Shown: positions 17,234 through 64,000 of the stretch, piece after piece
How the letters are laid out: each line of letters opens with the position of its first letter
Position numbering within the stretch: the stretch's first letter is position 1
Assembly: GCA_964016885.1 (NCBI GenBank)
Contig: OZ024746.1
Span: 85,808,001-85,872,000, forward strand
Length of the DNA: 64,000 nucleotides
Direction of reading: 5' to 3'
DNA from: Eledone cirrhosa
Lineage: Eukaryota
Position numbers and translations under genes: made by a program
Notes under the pieces: model-generated
Databases searched by the model: none
What the model saw: only the letters and a program-made list of their open reading frames with translations
What the model was told of the DNA's origin: nothing

Positions 17234-17599
17234 ACATCTTGTCAATAAGGTGTTCGAAGAGTTTGTTTACTTACAATAAATTATGGGATCCAAAAGTTAT
17301 ATTTTGATTATTGATTAGTAAATACTTAGTGTGTTATTATAAATGTGAAATTAAAGCAACAAAAGCATTTTATGAACTGCTAGCTATTGAGAGTAGTGTT
17401 AAATGATAAATAATATGCTTATATTATTTTTATTTATCCACCAATTATAATTACATAAGCACCCATGCAAGTGTGAAAAATCAGACAAAAAAAAAACAAT
17501 GAATATATGTAATTAAATCTGTAAATAATGTGATAACAAACAATATAACATATATACAACATGAAACATTTCTATATTTTTGTCAAGCATTGCAAGAAA

Positions 17600-19080
17600 A
17601 TCTAAACATTTTTCATTCTTATCATCCTTCTTGATATCATTTGCTAAAGCTAACCTTATAGTCCTCCTGAATGAATTCTTCAAGTAGTTTTTCATCCTCT
17701 ATCCTATTTGGAATAGTACACTTTTTGCAATACTATAAAATTATCATTTGGTATGCTCTCTCAAGTGCTGTGTCTAGATCTGGGTGTTTTAAGGCACCAA
17801 TTTCATCAGTTCTTTGTTTGCTAACATCATTTCTGATGTGCATTTTAAAATGCTTTTTAAGGCATGCCATCTGGGATAACAAATTTCAGCAGTTTTTGTT
17901 TGATTCTTACAAATGAGTATGAAAGTGATATGTTGCTTCAAGTAGAGATCTAGGCATATTTAGTCACACTTCAGCTGGCCAAACAACCATTCTTTGGAGG
18001 GCCTATTCACTAGCACCCCATTTGGCATAGTTTTCCTTTTAAAAGTCATAGGTTTTAACTTAATTCCATCAGCCATTCAAGCTAAAACACCAGTGAAGTG
18101 TATCCTGTGGCCTGTAATTTTGAGAACAATACTGGTGTCCTATAAATCTACAATGTCATTGTCTGGCATGCCAAAAACATTGGCATTTCATTCATATTCC
18201 CAACCGTTGACAAATAACATTCATTAATTGTCATCCACACCACCTGGTAATTTTTGGGCAATATGAGTTTGCTGTTGCAATATCAATGCATTTTAGTTCA
18301 TAAGCATGGTACATCAACCAGTATCAAATTTTTGTGTTATATTGTATTCTGAATCCATGGAAAGTTGTAAAGCTTTTAGGTCTAATCAACATTCGCTAGG
18401 TTCACACCCAAATGTATAGATCCATTTCTAATTGTTTATAGGGAGAAATGGCATATTGCTCAATGTGTTTTAGGTTTTTGGCATATTCTTAAGGGTAATT
18501 TTTTATTAATTTATTTTGCCAGTCCCTAACCATCTTTTCAGACACTGAAAACACTCTTTAACTCTTGGGTCACCATGTTCCTCAACATATCCAATTGAAG
18601 AGCAGCCTCATAACACATTCTTTTGCATTTAGTATTAGCACTCATTGTCAAAATTTTCTGTAAAAATGTTATCTATGAAAAATAGAATCTCTTTGAATGT
18701 TATAAACCTTTTTAATATCAAATCACTAGAAATCTGAAACCACACAATACATGCTTTACTTGTTAATTCTTAAAAGTATTTATAAAAATACATTGTCTTA
18801 AGGCCATGAGTAAAAATAAACAATACATGCCCACACTTAAATCCTATAAAATGTATATGTAATTTTTGTTAGTGTTTTATTATGGTGTTTAAGCTCTAGC
18901 TAAAAGAATCACCTCTATAGGTATTAAGCGCTGTCAGTTAACATCACACTCACAGTCTTGACAACTTTTAGAATTTGCATCGCATTATTTATTTTTTATT
19001 GATTTCTTTTTATGATCAGCTGATTTTTACTTCACATTTTTTTAGGAAAAGGTGCGACTTATACACTAGTATATATGGTA
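17600..19080 (-). mobile_element. Decayed pogo/Tc2-like DNA transposon
   Basis: Minus-strand fragments GYVEEHG..VSEKMVRDW, THIAQKLP, GNMNEMP..FTGVLA*MADGIKLKPMTFKRKTMP; end ggtgcgacttatacactagtatatatggta matches a pogo-type TIR; left boundary approximate. Confidence 0.75.
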
Positions 19081-19550
19081 AAGTCAATTTATCTAATAGT
19101 TTAAATGGAAATAGAAATTTCTCTTAAATATTTTATTTGATGGTTATTTACTTGTAAGTGGTGTTTTTCCATTTTATATTTTTTAAACCTTCATTATCAT
19201 ATTTCTAATGAAAAACACTGCCTATGATTTTGAAATAATTTTGAAAATAATCAATTTGGAAAGATTTAGCAATATAACTTTCTTGTTATTTAAGCTGGTG
19301 TTTGGAACATAACTTAAAGATTTTACATAGAATTGGGATGAAAGGGTTTTAGGTAAATACAAACACTTAAAAATAAATAGCTTTGCATATATTAAACTGC
19401 TATTTGGTGCATAACTTAAATTCTTACTTAAAATTATTCTGGAAGTTTTTATTTATTTTTATAAATATAAGCGCTTTAGTCTTTGTCCCTTCTACACATA
19501 GACAATCATTAGTTCTAAATAATTATAATTCTTTGTTACTTTTTTTACAG

Positions 19551-63298
<43,748 letters not shown>

Positions 63299-63997
63299 GT
63301 ATGTATGTATAAATGAAGAATTATTTTTTTGTTAATGTCTTTCTTATAAAAATTTAACTCTGGCATAGCTGTGTGGTTAAGAATTTCCCCATTATAACTG
63401 TGGTTTTTTGTTTTATTCTACTGCTTGGCACCTTGGGCAAGTGACTTCTACTATAGCGTCAAACTGACCAATGCCTTGTAAGTGAACTATACACACATTT
63501 TAGTTTAGATAGACATGCTAGGCTCTGCCCCATCTGAAAGGTCAGTAGCTCCATTGGAGTACTGACTCTGTGACAACCCATCCAACCCTTCATAGCAGGG
63601 AAAGTGGATGTTAAGTGATGATGATTGAGCATACATTTGCAGCCATAAATTGTGTGTATCTGGTTTAGAATAAGTACACCATATCCTTACATGTTTTAAG
63701 AGGGGACTAAATTAAAAGGTTTGTCACCAGAAAGAGCATCCATTGCTTCAAATAAAATCCTATAGAGTATGAAGCCTATTGTGGGGTCTGCTGGGTTAAA
63801 TGCTGCTTTATCAGGGGGAAAAGGCCTTAAAATGTTTTTATTGTATATGTAATAAAAACATGGAAATAAAGGAAGTTTTTTCCATTTTTCATTATTTACC
63901 GTCTATATATGTTCATTCTGTGATAAGATAGAATACTATGTCTAACAATGTTATTGTTCAAAATGCTTGAAAAAAAATCAATGATTTTTCTTTTAAG

Positions 63998-64000
63998 GTA
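63998..64000 (+). CDS. CLTC: Probable first codon (GTA, Val) of the next CLTC exon, cut by the window edge
   Basis: ttttcttttaag|GTA; clathrin continues with V(D/E)KL after this point. Confidence 0.55.

Overview
AT-rich, intron-rich animal genomic DNA, not prokaryotic. The tRNA-derived SINE families, huge (TA/TATG)n arrays and protein sequence suggest an octopus or other coleoid cephalopod (inference). The window holds most of a + strand clathrin heavy chain gene. I traced 27 GT-AG coding exons from 19551 to 63298 (4427 nt, consistent phases, no stops, colinear with human CLTC residues ~134-1609). The N-terminal exons were not found in the window, and the next exon probably starts at 63998. 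The first two introns are giant (>19.5 kb and 20.4 kb), while the other 25 are 170-1538 nt. The giant introns contain candidate frame-preserving microexons (18 nt GTNGEA; 39 nt VNAENSAVTPPTQ; 9/26 nt) and a textbook recursive-splice motif, which could add regulated loops to the clathrin beta-propeller. Three perfect or near-perfect fold-back hairpins, inverted MITE/SINE pairs, an Arg-to-Trp change at a conserved site and decayed mariner, pogo, maT, RTE and piggyBac-MITE remnants are also present. All very long ORFs in the track are microsatellite artefacts.
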